Shown: positions 22,301 to 32,838 of the stretch, piece after piece | Layout: each line of letters opens with the position of its first letter | Position numbering within the stretch: the stretch's first letter is position 1 | DNA from: Candidatus Helarchaeota archaeon | GTDB taxonomy: Archaea > Asgardarchaeota > Lokiarchaeia > Helarchaeales > RDOG01 | DNA length: 64,000 nucleotides | NCBI GenBank assembly: GCA_019058315.1 | Contig: JAHPZH010000001.1 | Coordinates: 503,536 to 567,535 of the forward strand | Direction: 5' to 3' | The notes under the pieces: model-generated | Seen by the model: the letters and a program-made list of their open reading frames with translations, nothing else | What the model was told of the DNA's origin: nothing | Databases searched by the model: none | Position numbers and translations under genes: made by a program

Positions 22301-22845
22301 GTACTATCTTCTCTTTCAGGTTCTGTTGTAACTCCATCTACTGCATAACTAATGCTAAGATTTACAGGAAGTTGTTTATCTTGTTCGACTAAGTAACTTA
22401 ATGTTTTTGAGTCCTCCTTCTCAATTAGAAGTTTTGACCAATTTAAAATTAGGAGCCCATGTTCATTGGTAACATTTGGCATATCAGTACCTTCAGCTGG
22501 ATTTACCTCATATCCCCCTTCAACGCGATCAAAAAAGTCAATGGATACATCCTCAGAATGATTATTAGAAATTTCAATATTAATTTGAGTTGTACTTTTT
22601 TGTAATTCTCCAATTGCGTTATATTCAGCAGTTATTACTTCTGACTTTGACACTCTAACATCTTCAATATTACCTGTTTGAGCAGAATCCAAGTTAACAA
22701 CATTATCATGTTCAATATTGTTTAAAGTATATGGCTCAAATTGAACTGGAGTTATTACTGATCTGTTTAAAATAGAAAATATTATAAGAAAACTAAGTAA
22801 AACCAAACTCGTATAATGAAACGTTTTTCTAATTCTTTTATTCAT
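16345..22845 (-). CDS. giant (~2170 aa) membrane-anchored FG-GAP/PQQ beta-propeller surface protein
   Basis: N- and C-terminal TM helices; about 11 DxDxDG-type Ca-binding motifs (GDMDQDN, GDLDGDG, DLDNDG, DIDLDG...); PQQ-like G..LW.Y repeats; many N-x-S/T sequons. Start at MNKR (22845) with a GAGG RBS. Confidence 0.85.
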   Translation of the reverse strand: MNKRIRKTFHYTSLVLLSFLIIFSILNRSVITPVQFEPYTLNNIEHDNVVNLDSAQTGNIEDVRVSKSEVITAEYNAIGELQKSTTQINIEISNNHSEDVSIDFFDRVEGGYEVNPAEGTDMPNVTNEHGLLILNWSKLLIEKEDSKTLSYLVEQDKQLPVNLSISYAVDGVTTEPEREDSTFKLQTPIDSNLTISITLTNNGGGLFVTTDTVQPINIAMVTLALPLDILGEPRFSTPPIMSNEISGVNQITFLGLLGDDPIIFNTTVQIIEGGGWGLLEFEPLRIDIIRSPETFYAAISALNAMLGLVTGLEGYWAYLTIESMLDQVTMLSPLLELLTGILMTDYTVFNTILNTLVHIEGFSITELLDNMINGPGLIRNLIAFENIRGILNSSILIGYPFGEDIISDELDLIENSTVQAIGSQLLALLGNPVDIELYNFSLAENNTWDSPLFTGNLTAIAVSNDLDKSGVSEIIVAYNWTQAGNDYTNISIFQRQGDQYLSIWDSPPLNGTVNHKCIGTGDMDQDNNKELFVGLTDNDGKGNLTFFEFNTTLDLSNFESYNIAFQNGGILSLLVEDGLNLDKDANDEFVIGLDNGSVYVINGTWESGMINWSKKWSKNIDGSCYSLAHGDTDQDTREEILCSNNTQISIFENTSLGFMPLKNLSNYNLGIITGDSDSDNNIEIITHNETWINIFKPNISTQVINNDTDPTQTIIIKTLEGYIHTSSINISSEISNATSITNLILEDFDLDDKNEIITATENGSILFYESVGNNKFSKILEYNLNTTDYGIKGLASGDLDGDGYSDLVIMGKDDKFHVILKPFDIYDLNVKVFANLTVTSESTTNLYVEIQLQNVFISYPPRVENLTYVYNGTGPSLFQLTLNTIENTTSINDYLTNVSQRISAETADPLSGVIGVWDRSQFNYTTGLPLAGATNLYDPVPGNPALKGTYEGNNITFKVPIGHPLDLVVNYSFYMFADPLFGFNITNVPPYQYAFPGQNQTLPAIYPFIAHLFDIRTSPLIRIIGNLTMSLSKQILILNSTISPDIGPYKPIIFVSQFDIINLFSSFDEMLNLTTSPFEPTPSMDIPLPTGLTTDMDLLTQFGNYEFLTQCKIYTDPRVHSRFVTNITINQGTSALNQILETLSLQSFLGLEDYAIFQNYTQYSDFPKGLNLNPILIKDINNDNENDTIVAVNGFYPTYEIRALNSSNRDLLWDFRTEGPIIDMSFDDNNIIRANVLNIDNQWLMANETQNSTIFTENILENQTSIDNRTVEVNYNISTYETQAIIGVWNRSEFDFTSKEPFPGATNYYNESAGAYFVGRTIHLGPDLNSNQTDLVINYTKKSATTVTMDFYPKTIIGVWNESDQTGINYFPGGSIYGYNITLGRDLDTPNDTVYIKYYYFSNASSFTYLINYTGNLIDSREDLLNETQFFNGTTYINHTYIGPNLGIIQTPYIINCSDALNPNFYMLLIFTEDKVYAINGTLETTPELRLVFNNTNNQNKEWEISSGWIGQSFEVADIENDGNKELIFINMNGILYSHDLLNGSNLWDSQLTMGVVTKLMVEDLDNDGIKEIIVGSGNKKIYIYEGDTGEFLWAYETNGPIDDLVIEDIDLDGKKEILAASSDNNLYSLNGTDGQLLWIYNITGEIKSITVGDVTNDSIPEIVIGSDENLVYCLNITDTSNISILWTHQITGQIPTFQFCTTKDSITFHYDLSDRIFEMIYDDLDEVMEDFMGMDTDMNLGLDSMLDFGMDGMDINLEDLADVQIPSGIGLFNLMIYQIQTIMALDEVGQVTLAQREYTGKPEVREPGYNPNYEIIQKNTTEPIDFGSRNLTWFEIYNNDSKDLLRLNYFVVILKDDNNTITMNQCRFYMWNGQDYINILDNDYYNLTLDMLDLTYDNDSGELRFKPFIEINPFEQKNSSIDWRGRTIFFEVRDLNGTLNITYWADVSVIHPKVTYEPVSTSFSYSITYPVFQVYTIRVPFLPLTPLEPTPTQQFLSDPLIYIIFIVFFALIVEWLYFKRRTSYEIQRLAYKNLITWLKGRQKLWKRSLERGTINKTQYNRLKNFRGRLREEVRPRWYTDECFDKLKKNSFFDMTFSTLLLLPFWRKLGKPSKLAAVLNNMFSAVFSPSINAARRSGSWLKKRIKKKPRVKKKKDKLKVVLFGDS

Positions 22846-23830
22846 TTGATTCCTTCCTCTTTTTTTTAAATTGGTCAAAAATGAATACTTCTTTAGTTGA
22901 AGTAATTTCTGCCATTATTCTTTGTTGAAGGTGCGTAATTCTATTAACATAATCTTCTCTGGCTTTTCTAAATAATATTGGGTCAAGTTCATCTTTTCGT
23001 TTTAAAAATAGCTCAAACTCAGTCTTATATAATTGCAATTCTCTCTTCGATGTCTCAAGCTTTGCTATTTTGGCTTGTGTTGATTCATACATTCTTTTAG
23101 CAATATGATCAGTAGGAGGTGACACACCTGGGGGAACATCTAAAGAAATTTTACCATCAATTACATAAATTGAACGTGAAGCTACTCCTGCAACTCCAGG
23201 ATCATGAGTTACAATTACAAATGTTTGACCAAGTTCTCGGTTTAGTCTTTTCATCAACCTTAAAACTTCTACACCTGTAGCTGTATCTATACTTCCTGTT
23301 GGTTCATCACATAAAATTAAGGCTGGATCATTTGAGAATGCACGAGCTATAGATACACGTTGTTGTTGACCTCCGCTTAATTCCGTTGGTCTATGGTTAA
23401 TCCTATCTCCAAGCCCAACAAGGTTTAGAAGCTCTTTAGCTTTCTCTCGAGCTTCATTTGCGGATAAATCACCTGCAAATAACATCGGTAACTCGACATT
23501 TTCACGTGCAGTTAAAAGGGGTAATAAATTAAAAAATTGAAATACAAATCCTATCTTACGTCCTCGATAATGAGCAAGTCTTCCTTCATCATAATCTGTA
23601 ATATCTGCCCCATCAACTATTACTCGCCCTGATGTTGGTCGATCTAATGCACCAACCATATTTAATAAAGTAGTTTTCCCCGAACCGCTTGGTCCCATAA
23701 TAACACTGAACTCTCGTTCTTCAATATCAAGTAGTACTCCTTTAAGTGCTTGAACCTTTATTTTACCTAAATCATAGATTTTTGTGACCATCTTCAGTTC
23801 AATCATTTTTTTGACCATTTTATTCACCAT
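22838..23830 (-). CDS. LolD/MacB-type ABC ATPase with C-terminal helical extension
   Basis: GPSGSGKT, IGFVFQFFNL, LSGGQQQRV, ILCDEPTG, VTHD. Confidence 0.95.
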   Translation of the reverse strand: MVNKMVKKMIELKMVTKIYDLGKIKVQALKGVLLDIEEREFSVIMGPSGSGKTTLLNMVGALDRPTSGRVIVDGADITDYDEGRLAHYRGRKIGFVFQFFNLLPLLTARENVELPMLFAGDLSANEAREKAKELLNLVGLGDRINHRPTELSGGQQQRVSIARAFSNDPALILCDEPTGSIDTATGVEVLRLMKRLNRELGQTFVIVTHDPGVAGVASRSIYVIDGKISLDVPPGVSPPTDHIAKRMYESTQAKIAKLETSKRELQLYKTEFELFLKRKDELDPILFRKAREDYVNRITHLQQRIMAEITSTKEVFIFDQFKKKRKESNE

Positions 23831-23881
23831 AACATAATTATAATAGAAAGAAAAAATGAAGAAAAAGAGAATTTTAAATTC

Positions 23882-25048
23882 TCATTCATATCTGAGTGCT
23901 TCAACTGGTTTCACGCTAGCTGCACGCCATGAAGGATATAAGGCCGAGATAAAACCAATCCCGATGCTCATAGAGATGCCTATTACGAATAACCACCATG
24001 GAAATTCATAAGGAAGCCCAAATGTCGATATTTTACCTATAAATTCGGAAAGTATTGTAACCCCAAGAACTGATAGAAGACAACCTAATATACCACCAAT
24101 AGCAGACATGATTAATGCTTCGGTTATAAAAATTTGAAGGACTTGACTTCTTTGGCCACCAATAGATTTAATCATTCCAATAGCTCTTGTCTCTTCCAAT
24201 ACTCTTGTCATCGTTGAATTCATAATTTGCATCGCTCCTACCATTAGAGTAATCCCTGCCATCACACCTAATACTATATTAATAAGTTGGATTACAGAAT
24301 TAGCCATTGCCAAAATTTGTTCAGATTCTATAACCTCTGCCTTAGGAAAAGCATCTCGAATAACTTCAGCTACACTATGTGCAAATGCATTATCATCAAC
24401 TTCAACGAAGATCATTTGAACATTATTTGTTGCCATAATGTTTTGTAAACCATCTAAAGTCATAATTATCGATGAATCAGTAGTTGTTTCACCAGTTGAT
24501 GATAAAAAACCAACAATTTCTAAGACAACTGTGCCTGAAGAAATAAGACCTGATAAAACTATTTTATCTCCAATCCTTTTACCTAAAGACAACTTGAGAC
24601 CATATCCACATACACATTTATCATAATCTTCAGGCCTATTCTTTAATTCTCTCCCTTCTATCACCTGTACAGGAACCATTAATGTTAATTTGCTAGGATC
24701 AATCCCTACAACCGGAGCAAATTCCCCTTCAACGGTCATGAAATTCGTAATTATTCCTGCTGTATCAGTAACATGAGGTATTGAAGCAATAATATTGACT
24801 GTTTCTTCAGGTATTTCGGGTCGTGTACCTCGCATTTCCGAAGTTACGATTATAGGGGCACCAACAAAAGCTCTAAGAATATCCTCTATTTGTGTTCTCA
24901 TCCCTAAGGTGATTGAAATTAAAGATACAAAGGTTGTGATGCCCACCAAAATACCAATTATTGTTAAAGCTGACCGTAACTTTCGTTTGCTCATACTGCG
25001 GAATGCCATTAGTAAGGAGAATTTAAATAGTCTCGTTCGACGACCCAT
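23882..25048 (-). CDS. MacB/FtsX-type ABC permease
   Basis: KLRSALTIIGILVG, extracytoplasmic domain, IMNS...V.E.TR.IG..KSIG, YPSWRAASVKPVEALRYE. Confidence 0.93.
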   Translation of the reverse strand: MGRRTRLFKFSLLMAFRSMSKRKLRSALTIIGILVGITTFVSLISITLGMRTQIEDILRAFVGAPIIVTSEMRGTRPEIPEETVNIIASIPHVTDTAGIITNFMTVEGEFAPVVGIDPSKLTLMVPVQVIEGRELKNRPEDYDKCVCGYGLKLSLGKRIGDKIVLSGLISSGTVVLEIVGFLSSTGETTTDSSIIMTLDGLQNIMATNNVQMIFVEVDDNAFAHSVAEVIRDAFPKAEVIESEQILAMANSVIQLINIVLGVMAGITLMVGAMQIMNSTMTRVLEETRAIGMIKSIGGQRSQVLQIFITEALIMSAIGGILGCLLSVLGVTILSEFIGKISTFGLPYEFPWWLFVIGISMSIGIGFISALYPSWRAASVKPVEALRYE

Positions 25049-25574
25049 TTCAAAACCTTATTTGATTCAAATAATTAATTTCTGTAATAATCATGAATTA
25101 TGATAATATATAGTATACTATTCTTCTTACTACTAAAAAATAAAAAAATAAAAATAATGTTTCGGTTCGTTCTTTTTATTCTTGCTAACTATACATTATG
25201 ATAGAAATTTTATCCATCTTATAATAATTATACAGTTTCACTTACGCTCAAATAACTAAGAAGAAAGAAGTTATTTATTCAATTATTACTTTATCCAATA
25301 ATCACTACTATACAATCACACCATCGAAAAATTCTATCATGAAATATGTTAAAAATCACCTTAGAATCAAGAATTGGAATACTAAACTGACAGTTAATAA
25401 ATTAAATTATAATAAATAATATACTTAATAGAAAAAAAACATAAAATAAAATTTAAGATACAATTAACTAATTTATTTTTTTAAAAATTAAAAAAAAAGT
25501 TAAATTTTGTAATAGAGTATTTGAGCTATCATAATATTTATCGAAATCATTGAACCCTTTAAACCCCATTTATT

Positions 25575-26039
25575 TTAAAATTTCTCCTGTGATACAAGGC
25601 CAAATGATATTGATCCAAAGATAAGACAAACGCCCATGACAATTATATTGACAATGTCCCATGTTAAAGCCCTTGTCAATAAACTTATGTAACTAATCTG
25701 CGTTATTACAAAAAGGAAATACGGATCTATAAGAATTATCAATATTAAAAAGAAAGTTTCGCTTGCAATACTTTGTTGAATACCAATTATACTAAGAACC
25801 ATAATAAAAATAAAACCTATCCAAGTGCCCATACCAACTCCGAATCCTGTACCTGATAAACCTTTACTGTTCCAAATGCCACCCATCATAATTAGAATGC
25901 ACATATTAATATTAATTATAACGCAGAGTACTCCAAGCATTCCAAGTATAGGTGAAGTCGTCATATAGGGTATAAAGAGAAGTACTATTGATGTAATCAT
26001 AGCTAAAAGTCCTAAAACGAATCCTGATGTGTTTTCCAT
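25575..26039 (-). CDS. hypothetical membrane protein
   Basis: Almost entirely hydrophobic helices. Confidence 0.65.
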   Translation of the reverse strand: MENTSGFVLGLLAMITSIVLLFIPYMTTSPILGMLGVLCVIININMCILIMMGGIWNSKGLSGTGFGVGMGTWIGFIFIMVLSIIGIQQSIASETFFLILIILIDPYFLFVITQISYISLLTRALTWDIVNIIVMGVCLIFGSISFGLVSQEKF

Positions 26040-26241
26040 GACTATCCCAACTGTTATTAGTTAGTATATTCTAATATTAATTGGGACGAATTTAAATATT
26101 TCTCTTTTTTTGAATATAGATTAACATTCTACTTATACGCAACTATAGATTTTTAAATAACTAGGATAATAAGAATTTAAAAGCAAATATCTGAAAAGTC
26201 TACTCGTAATTATTTATTAATTTTCTATTTCAATAAGCTGA

Positions 26242-27144
26242 ATGATCATGGCAGAAAATGAGAAAAAAGAAGAAAATTCAGAAAAAGACATAACAAAACA
26301 AGCTCGTGAAAATATACCTATAGAAGTTTGGAATACATTACCCGACCATATTAAAAAGGAAATTGACCCTAATTACGAACCACCGCCACCTGAACCCATA
26401 TTCAAAGGTGTTTCCCCAGATCTAGCCGATTCCCTTAACCGTTTACGCGATGGATTTGAAAAAATTGGTCTCACTCTTATTGGTCGAATGGGTGAATTTG
26501 CAACCACTCTTGAACGTGTCATGATGGCAGTGGCTCGAATAGATAAAGTCGAAAATCTGGTTTCAGAAATAAAATACTTTCTTAAGGGACTTCAAAAAAC
26601 CCTTGATAATGTGGATTCGACTTTAAATAAATTGGATACGACTGTTATTGCATTTGAATTGGAGAATATTAAAAAAATGTTACAAAGTGGAATTCCAACT
26701 GCATCAACTCCTGTGAATCCTCAACCTGTAAAAGTCAACCCCAAACCAGCTCCAGTAAGTATTAACGTAGAAAATTCTAAGACGGCAGAACCAGCTCCAA
26801 AACCAGCAGCTCCAATACAAGCAGAAGCAGAAGTTATTAGTTCTGGAGATCTACCTCTTGAAAAACTTATAAAAGAAAAAACTACACCAAAAGAGAAGGT
26901 CCAAAAAGTATTCGCTTTTATGAATAATTTACTTAATTCAGAGATATCTTATCCGATACTAGTAAAAAACCTTGAATTAACCCGGGATGCAATTTCACAA
27001 TGTTACAAATGGGTTCCTACATTGTATGATATCGGTAAATCCGTTAGAAAATATAAACCAAAAAAGGATCCTAAGTTATCTCCTGAAACTATAAATGAAA
27101 TTAGACAGAATCTTGAGCAATGGGAGAAAACGATTCTCGGTTAA
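26242..27144 (+). CDS. hypothetical protein (coiled coil, Pro-rich linker, helical C-terminal domain)
   Basis: 300-aa ORF; EPPPPEP motif, heptads, P/A-rich linker. Confidence 0.75.
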   Translation: MIMAENEKKEENSEKDITKQARENIPIEVWNTLPDHIKKEIDPNYEPPPPEPIFKGVSPDLADSLNRLRDGFEKIGLTLIGRMGEFATTLERVMMAVARIDKVENLVSEIKYFLKGLQKTLDNVDSTLNKLDTTVIAFELENIKKMLQSGIPTASTPVNPQPVKVNPKPAPVSINVENSKTAEPAPKPAAPIQAEAEVISSGDLPLEKLIKEKTTPKEKVQKVFAFMNNLLNSEISYPILVKNLELTRDAISQCYKWVPTLYDIGKSVRKYKPKKDPKLSPETINEIRQNLEQWEKTILG

Positions 27145-27288
27145 TTAAATATTTTTATACCTTACTTTTATTAATTAGTCCCATATGACAACTAACATAA
27201 TTAAATATTAGGAAAATTTCATATGTTTTTTTTCCAAAGAGAATAAAAAATTTAAATTGGTAGGCATAACCCTGAAAAAAATTAAGGA

Positions 27289-27957
27289 TTGGTTACTTCA
27301 TTGAGTGATAAAAAGGACCAGGAAAAAATTAGCCATTATGGAAAAGGACTTGCAATGTTCACTTTAGGAAAATATCAGGAAGCAATTGAATGCTTTGAGG
27401 AATTATTAAAAATTGATCCTAAAAGAAAGTTCGCTTGGTTTAATTTGGGACTTAGTTATTTAAAATTAAACAAATTTGAGAAAGCTATAGAATCTTTTAA
27501 AAGACTTCTTAAAATTGACAATAGAGACATTGATGGTTGGGTTAATATGGGTTTGGCATATGGAAATCTAGATAATTATCAAAAAGAAATCGAATGCTAT
27601 CAAGAAGCAATTAAAATAGACCCAGAACATAAAACTGCTTTGTATAATATGGGACATGCCTATGAAAATTCTGATTTTCCTAAGGCAATTGAGTATTATA
27701 AAAAAGTAGTTGCTATTGATCCCAAATATGTTGATGCATGGTTTAATATGAGTATACTAAATTATCATTTGAAAAATTATAATGAATCTATTAATTGTCT
27801 TGAAAACGTTATTAAATTAAATCCAAAAGAAGATGGAGCTTTTATTACCTTGGCAGCTAATCATATTAAATTAAAAAATTATCAGAAAGCATTAGAAAAT
27901 TTTGAAAAGGCTATAGAGATTAATCCTAATTTAAAATGGGCTGAGCGGATTAAATAG
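27289..27957 (+). CDS. tetratricopeptide repeat protein
   Basis: About 6 repeats of the type AW.NLG..Y..L..YE.AIE.F...LKIDP. Confidence 0.92.
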   Translation: MVTSLSDKKDQEKISHYGKGLAMFTLGKYQEAIECFEELLKIDPKRKFAWFNLGLSYLKLNKFEKAIESFKRLLKIDNRDIDGWVNMGLAYGNLDNYQKEIECYQEAIKIDPEHKTALYNMGHAYENSDFPKAIEYYKKVVAIDPKYVDAWFNMSILNYHLKNYNESINCLENVIKLNPKEDGAFITLAANHIKLKNYQKALENFEKAIEINPNLKWAERIK

Positions 27958-28137
27958 TTTTTTGGAGCAGATTTTCTTTAAATTATAGGTCTTTTAACTT
28001 TTATAAGATTAAAAAAAAAATTTCGAAATATAACCAATCTTTTCCTTACAAATTCATTAAAAATTTAGTTATATCTTTAAAAAAAACTTTTTTGGAAAGG
28101 ATTTTAGGTAAAACGAAAAATTATCGCATTAAATTCA

Positions 28138-28659
28138 ATGTTAGTGATAATTATGGGAAGTTATTATATTTTAGAAATTGAAGTTAGCCCAGGTGGGGCT
28201 AGAAAAGATGATTATTATGTTCTCAATAATCTTGAAGATATAAAAAAGGCATTAGAAAAAGATTTTTCCGAGCAAGGAGAGATTTATTTATTGACTTGGT
28301 ATGGAGAAGATGTAAATTTAATGATTTGTAAAGATAATGCTGTTATGAAAACCATAAATTTACTTCCTTTTATTAAAGTGAGACTTGATGGATATCCAGA
28401 AATCAGTTTTAATAATGACGGAAAATTAATCGGATTTAATTTTGAGAAAGATGATAAAGAAAATGAGGAAGAGGATAGATTATCTTATAAACTCTTTTTA
28501 AATAAAATTAAGAAGGTTGAAGTAATTATCGATTGGAATAGTATGAAAATCCCGAAATTAGAGGGTGAAATCATTGAAAAAGGAGAACCAGTTAAAATTT
28601 ATCTTCCCCGTTGGTCTGAAATGTTTGAATTAGATTATGGCTACAATAATCTTGCTTAA
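28138..28659 (+). CDS. hypothetical protein
   Basis: 173-aa acidic ORF; no recognised motif. Confidence 0.65.
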   Translation: MLVIIMGSYYILEIEVSPGGARKDDYYVLNNLEDIKKALEKDFSEQGEIYLLTWYGEDVNLMICKDNAVMKTINLLPFIKVRLDGYPEISFNNDGKLIGFNFEKDDKENEEEDRLSYKLFLNKIKKVEVIIDWNSMKIPKLEGEIIEKGEPVKIYLPRWSEMFELDYGYNNLA

Positions 28660-28929
28660 AAAAGTATCGGAAAGGTAGAGGTTGACTTTTCCATCCTTTA
28701 CTTCTTGACAATATTTAATTACTTGTGCATTTTATATCCAATTCCTTTATCTTTATGATTTAATTATCCTGAAATATTAATTGCTATAGTATCGAGTAAT
28801 TTGGTTTCAGATATTGTTGAATTAATTAAAAATAAGAAATGTAGAATAATTCGAATTTAACGAAATATAACTAATATTATATTCTATTTAATAATACCAA
28901 GAAAACTCTTATTTTAAATAAAAAACTTA

Positions 28930-29871
28930 TTATCGTAATTGTACTATATAAACGGGGATATCCTTACCTACCGAATCATTTTCTTTAATTTTTTGTTGCA
29001 ATTCTTCATTTTCTTCTTTTAAAGTAGATATATCTTTTTGCAACTTTGAAAGTTCTGATTTATCTGCTTTCTTTAATTCTTCATTTTTCTTTAGAAGTTC
29101 TTCTATTTTTTGTTCTTTTTCCTCCAGCCTTTTTTGTATAGGTTTTATTTCATCATAATCACTGATTTTTTCTTTTAATTTTAGTCTTAATTCTGCAATT
29201 TTTGCTTCTTTTAATGCAATTTCTTTCGATAACGCTTCAAGAGCTTCTTTATTTATTATATTTTCTTGCTTTTGGGAAGCAATTTCCTCTAATTCTTCAA
29301 GTTTTTGTTTGAGTAAATCATTATCTTGCTTAAGCTTATTATGTTCATGTTCAAGATCTGAAAAATCTTGTTCTTTTTTATCAATTTGTTGTTTTAAATC
29401 ATTTTTTTTGCTTTCAAATTCTTTTTCTTTAATTTTTAATTGATTTCTATTTTCTGTAAGGTCATTCTTTAAAAAATGAATTTCCGCATCTTTTTCAGAA
29501 TTTTCTTGTTCCATTTTTTCTAATGCTACCTTTTTTTCTTCAAGGATTTTTGATAATTCTTTAATCTGCTCTAGGTTTATTTGATCAATTTTGCCCAGCT
29601 CTATATTTTTTGTCCTTTGTTTATATGTATTCTTTTTTTGTTCTGCCTTTAATTTTTTCATTAATCTATTTTGTTCTTTTATTGACTGGACTGCCTGATA
29701 TTCCGCCATTTTTTTCTCTTTTTTGAGGGTTAAAATTTCTTTTTCAAGCTTAATATTTCTATCAAACCTTTCAGCTTTCTCTTGTTCTAAATTAGAAATC
29801 TGCAATACCAATTCTTTAATCCGAGCTTCAAGCTCTTTTTTACTTAATTTTTTTAGTTCTTTTTGTTCCAT
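28930..29871 (-). CDS. long coiled-coil protein
   Basis: Near-continuous E/K/L/Q heptads over about 300 aa. Confidence 0.8.
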   Translation of the reverse strand: MEQKELKKLSKKELEARIKELVLQISNLEQEKAERFDRNIKLEKEILTLKKEKKMAEYQAVQSIKEQNRLMKKLKAEQKKNTYKQRTKNIELGKIDQINLEQIKELSKILEEKKVALEKMEQENSEKDAEIHFLKNDLTENRNQLKIKEKEFESKKNDLKQQIDKKEQDFSDLEHEHNKLKQDNDLLKQKLEELEEIASQKQENIINKEALEALSKEIALKEAKIAELRLKLKEKISDYDEIKPIQKRLEEKEQKIEELLKKNEELKKADKSELSKLQKDISTLKEENEELQQKIKENDSVGKDIPVYIVQLR

Positions 29872-30056
29872 AAAAAACCCTCAAAATATTGAAATTAATA
29901 ATATATAATCTAAAACCTATGTGAATATATACAAAATTCGATATTTTAAACTTTAATAATATTTAGGTATTCATAAATAAATATTCAATTTCATAAAGTC
30001 GAAGATTTATCGCAACTGTTAAAAATTAAGGAATATTGGATTGGTTGTAAATTATA

Positions 30057-31265
30057 TCAATCTTTTTTAAGAATACTTTTAATTAAATTTAATATTCTTG
30101 TTATTAATTCTGGTGGGATATCGTCTACACCCTCTTCTGTCAAAGCTAACTTTATTAACTTTTGTACATCTGGGTTTGAATTAGCCAAATTAATCAGAGC
30201 ATTAACTGTATTATTAAGATCATCCATTAACAAATCTCTAAATACCTTATGTGCTGAAAAAATTGTGAATAAATTTTCCTTTCGTAATTTTTTCTTATAA
30301 TTTTTTAAAATGCTTATTGAATAATCTCCCTTTTCAATAGCTTGAATTGCAGTTTCTGCAGCTAGCTTTCCTGAAGTCATTCCATAGCTGATTCCTTCTC
30401 CTATAATTGGAGAAACAAATCCCACAGCATCTCCAACTCCCATAAAACCGTTCGTGAATAATTTTTTAGAAATCCCTTGAATAGGAATTGGAAAATTGCT
30501 TTTCCATATTATATCTTGTTCTTTAAATTGTTTTTTTATTCGAGGCCATTTTAAAAATTTATGAAGATACTCCATAGGATTTCCTTTGGTTTTAAAAAGC
30601 CCCAGACCTACATTGGCAAGATCTTCAGAAAATGGAAAGACCCATGCATAAGCATTAGGAGCAATCTCATTGGATAAATAAAATAAATTAATAGAATTTT
30701 CACCATCAAGCCCTATATAACCTTTTACGAATACAACAGCACAAAATCCAAGTTGTTCTCTTTCCCATTTATTTCGAATTCCAGATTTTGGAACAATTTT
30801 TGATCCTACTCCATCGGCTGCAATCGTTATATTAGATCTGAACTCCCTAATCCCATCAGGCGTTTTAACAACTACACCTTTCACAAAGTCGTTTTCGATA
30901 ATTAAATCTTTCACAAAAGATTCTTCTATTATTTCTGCTCCACTATCTATCGCTCTATCTGCTAGAAATTTGTCAAAGATAGAACGCTTAACATTCCATC
31001 CAAAATTCGGTTCTGATTTTATAACAAAACTTTTATTGTTAGGTGCAATCATCATATTCCCAAGTATTTTCCTTTCCGCTACATTATTAGGTGGAATATT
31101 AAATTCATCCCACACATGCTTAGGAACACTTCCCCCACATGGTTTTTCCCAACGAGGAACTAATTTATGCCTTTCAAAAATAAGTACTTTCAAACCAGCA
31201 CGTGCCGCGGTTTCGCCTGCTATTGATCCCGAAGGACCAGATCCACTAATAATAACATCAAACAT
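30057..31265 (-). CDS. geranylgeranyl reductase-family FAD oxidoreductase
   Basis: DVIISGSGPSGS, KPCGG, R..FD..LA, AADG, YAWVFP, VGDAVG..SP..GEGI. Confidence 0.9.
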   Translation of the reverse strand: MFDVIISGSGPSGSIAGETAARAGLKVLIFERHKLVPRWEKPCGGSVPKHVWDEFNIPPNNVAERKILGNMMIAPNNKSFVIKSEPNFGWNVKRSIFDKFLADRAIDSGAEIIEESFVKDLIIENDFVKGVVVKTPDGIREFRSNITIAADGVGSKIVPKSGIRNKWEREQLGFCAVVFVKGYIGLDGENSINLFYLSNEIAPNAYAWVFPFSEDLANVGLGLFKTKGNPMEYLHKFLKWPRIKKQFKEQDIIWKSNFPIPIQGISKKLFTNGFMGVGDAVGFVSPIIGEGISYGMTSGKLAAETAIQAIEKGDYSISILKNYKKKLRKENLFTIFSAHKVFRDLLMDDLNNTVNALINLANSNPDVQKLIKLALTEEGVDDIPPELITRILNLIKSILKKD

Positions 31266-31694
31266 TTAAACTATCTCTTTAATTTCTATTTCAAATAATT
31301 CTAAATCCTTTAAATTTTTTATATCTTCTGAAAATTTAATCATTTCTGGACTATCTCTTTTTAATTTCAATGAAATGATTTTGTTAATAATCTCCTCTTT
31401 TACTCTAATTTTTATCTTATCTGTTTCGGTTTCAAATATCGCTTCTAATATATCACTTTCTAACACACTAATATTATTCTTTCCTAAAGTACATAAAGAG
31501 GAAACTTGAATTCCATCTATTATACAAGAATATGGAGTTCTTAATTTAGTTTTTACAATCGCTTTTATAGAATGTATTTCTTTAGGTTTTAATTTTTCCC
31601 GTGCCAATAACCCAATTCTCAAACCAATTATCAAAAAGGGACCTAAATGTCCGTGAAATGCAGTTGCTCTTTTAATTAAATCATCAGTAATCAT
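31266..31694 (-). CDS. FmdE-family protein
   Basis: FHGHLGPFLIIGLRIG, CIIDGIQ...CTLGK. Confidence 0.88.
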   Translation of the reverse strand: MITDDLIKRATAFHGHLGPFLIIGLRIGLLAREKLKPKEIHSIKAIVKTKLRTPYSCIIDGIQVSSLCTLGKNNISVLESDILEAIFETETDKIKIRVKEEIINKIISLKLKRDSPEMIKFSEDIKNLKDLELFEIEIKEIV

Positions 31695-31695
31695 A

Positions 31696-32838
<1,143 letters not shown>

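Noticed and set aside
25100-25570. Long AT-rich intergenic region as a replication origin or ncRNA
   Set aside because: No ORB-like repeats, no adjacent cdc6/orc1 gene, and no GC-rich structured segment.
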